64,000 bases of DNA, taken from IMG/VR virus record IMGVR_UViG_3300030419_007002, positions 32,001-96,000 of that record; one strand, 5' to 3'. The DNA comes from a virus. A program made the position numbers and the translations under genes. Positions 63,991 to 64,000 of this stretch are shown one piece after another; the stretch's first letter is position 1, and each line of letters opens with the position of its first letter. Under the pieces are notes generated by a model, which ran no database searches, was not told the DNA's origin, and worked only from the letters and a program-made list of their open reading frames with translations.

Positions 63991-64000
63991 GTTCCCTAAA

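Larger units (their letters stand above)
1..64000. mobile_element. Fragment of a large tailed dsDNA bacteriophage genome (lambda-like tail tip, DnaE-type replisome)
   Basis: Tail-tip genes M/L/K/I/J and a tape measure co-occur with divergent DnaB/DnaG/DnaE/RecA/RNR, tRNA, tmRNA and densely packed small ORFs; no ribosomal or other cell-core genes, no integrase or att seen. Confidence 0.93.

Noticed and set aside
1-64000. CRISPR array, reverse transcriptase (DGR/retron), integrase or transposase
   Set aside because: No regularly spaced repeats or RT/integrase motifs seen; the Cas4-like nuclease at 30550 stands alone in the replication module
1-64000. Stop-codon reassignment
   Set aside because: Standard code gives full-length, tightly tiled genes ending in TAA, TAG and TGA

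Overview
The whole window looks like a 64-kb internal fragment of a large, AT-rich, tailed dsDNA bacteriophage with a lambda-like tail tip and its own DnaE-type replisome; no ribosomal or other cell-core genes are present. Positions 1-41.6 kb (+) carry: a class I ribonucleotide reductase whose beta subunit has class Ic (tyrosyl-radical-less) signatures; a large glycan arsenal (about 10 glycosyltransferases, Gmd, a WbpB/WbpD/WbpE-like trio with a CMAH-like metallo-beta-lactamase gene inserted, a sulfotransferase, an APS kinase and HldE-like enzymes); RecA; a 10-kb accessory island bounded by tRNA-Arg(TCT) and a tmRNA; and DnaB, DnaG, a Cas4/RecB-like nuclease, a three-gene Pol III (PHP / DEDDh exonuclease / DnaE core), a Whirly-like SSB and an annealase. 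The island holds a histidine/serine decarboxylase, an ornithine cyclodeaminase-like enzyme, a MotA/ExbB plus atypical ExbD-like membrane module and many small membrane proteins. Positions 41.6-64 kb carry virion genes: Ser-Gly/Thr-Gly-rich IPT/TIG and fibre proteins (-), gpM x2, gpL, gpK, gpI, gpJ (+), and a truncated tape measure protein (-). The best candidates for new biology are (i) a phage-encoded ion-motive-force stator-like membrane system, (ii) a virion O-glycosylation system with a possible [S/T]-G acceptor signal, including a split GT9 and a possible N-glycolyl/sulfated sugar pathway, and (iii) a leaderless or tRNA-punctuated expression strategy. All family calls come from motif recognition by eye; no database searches were run.
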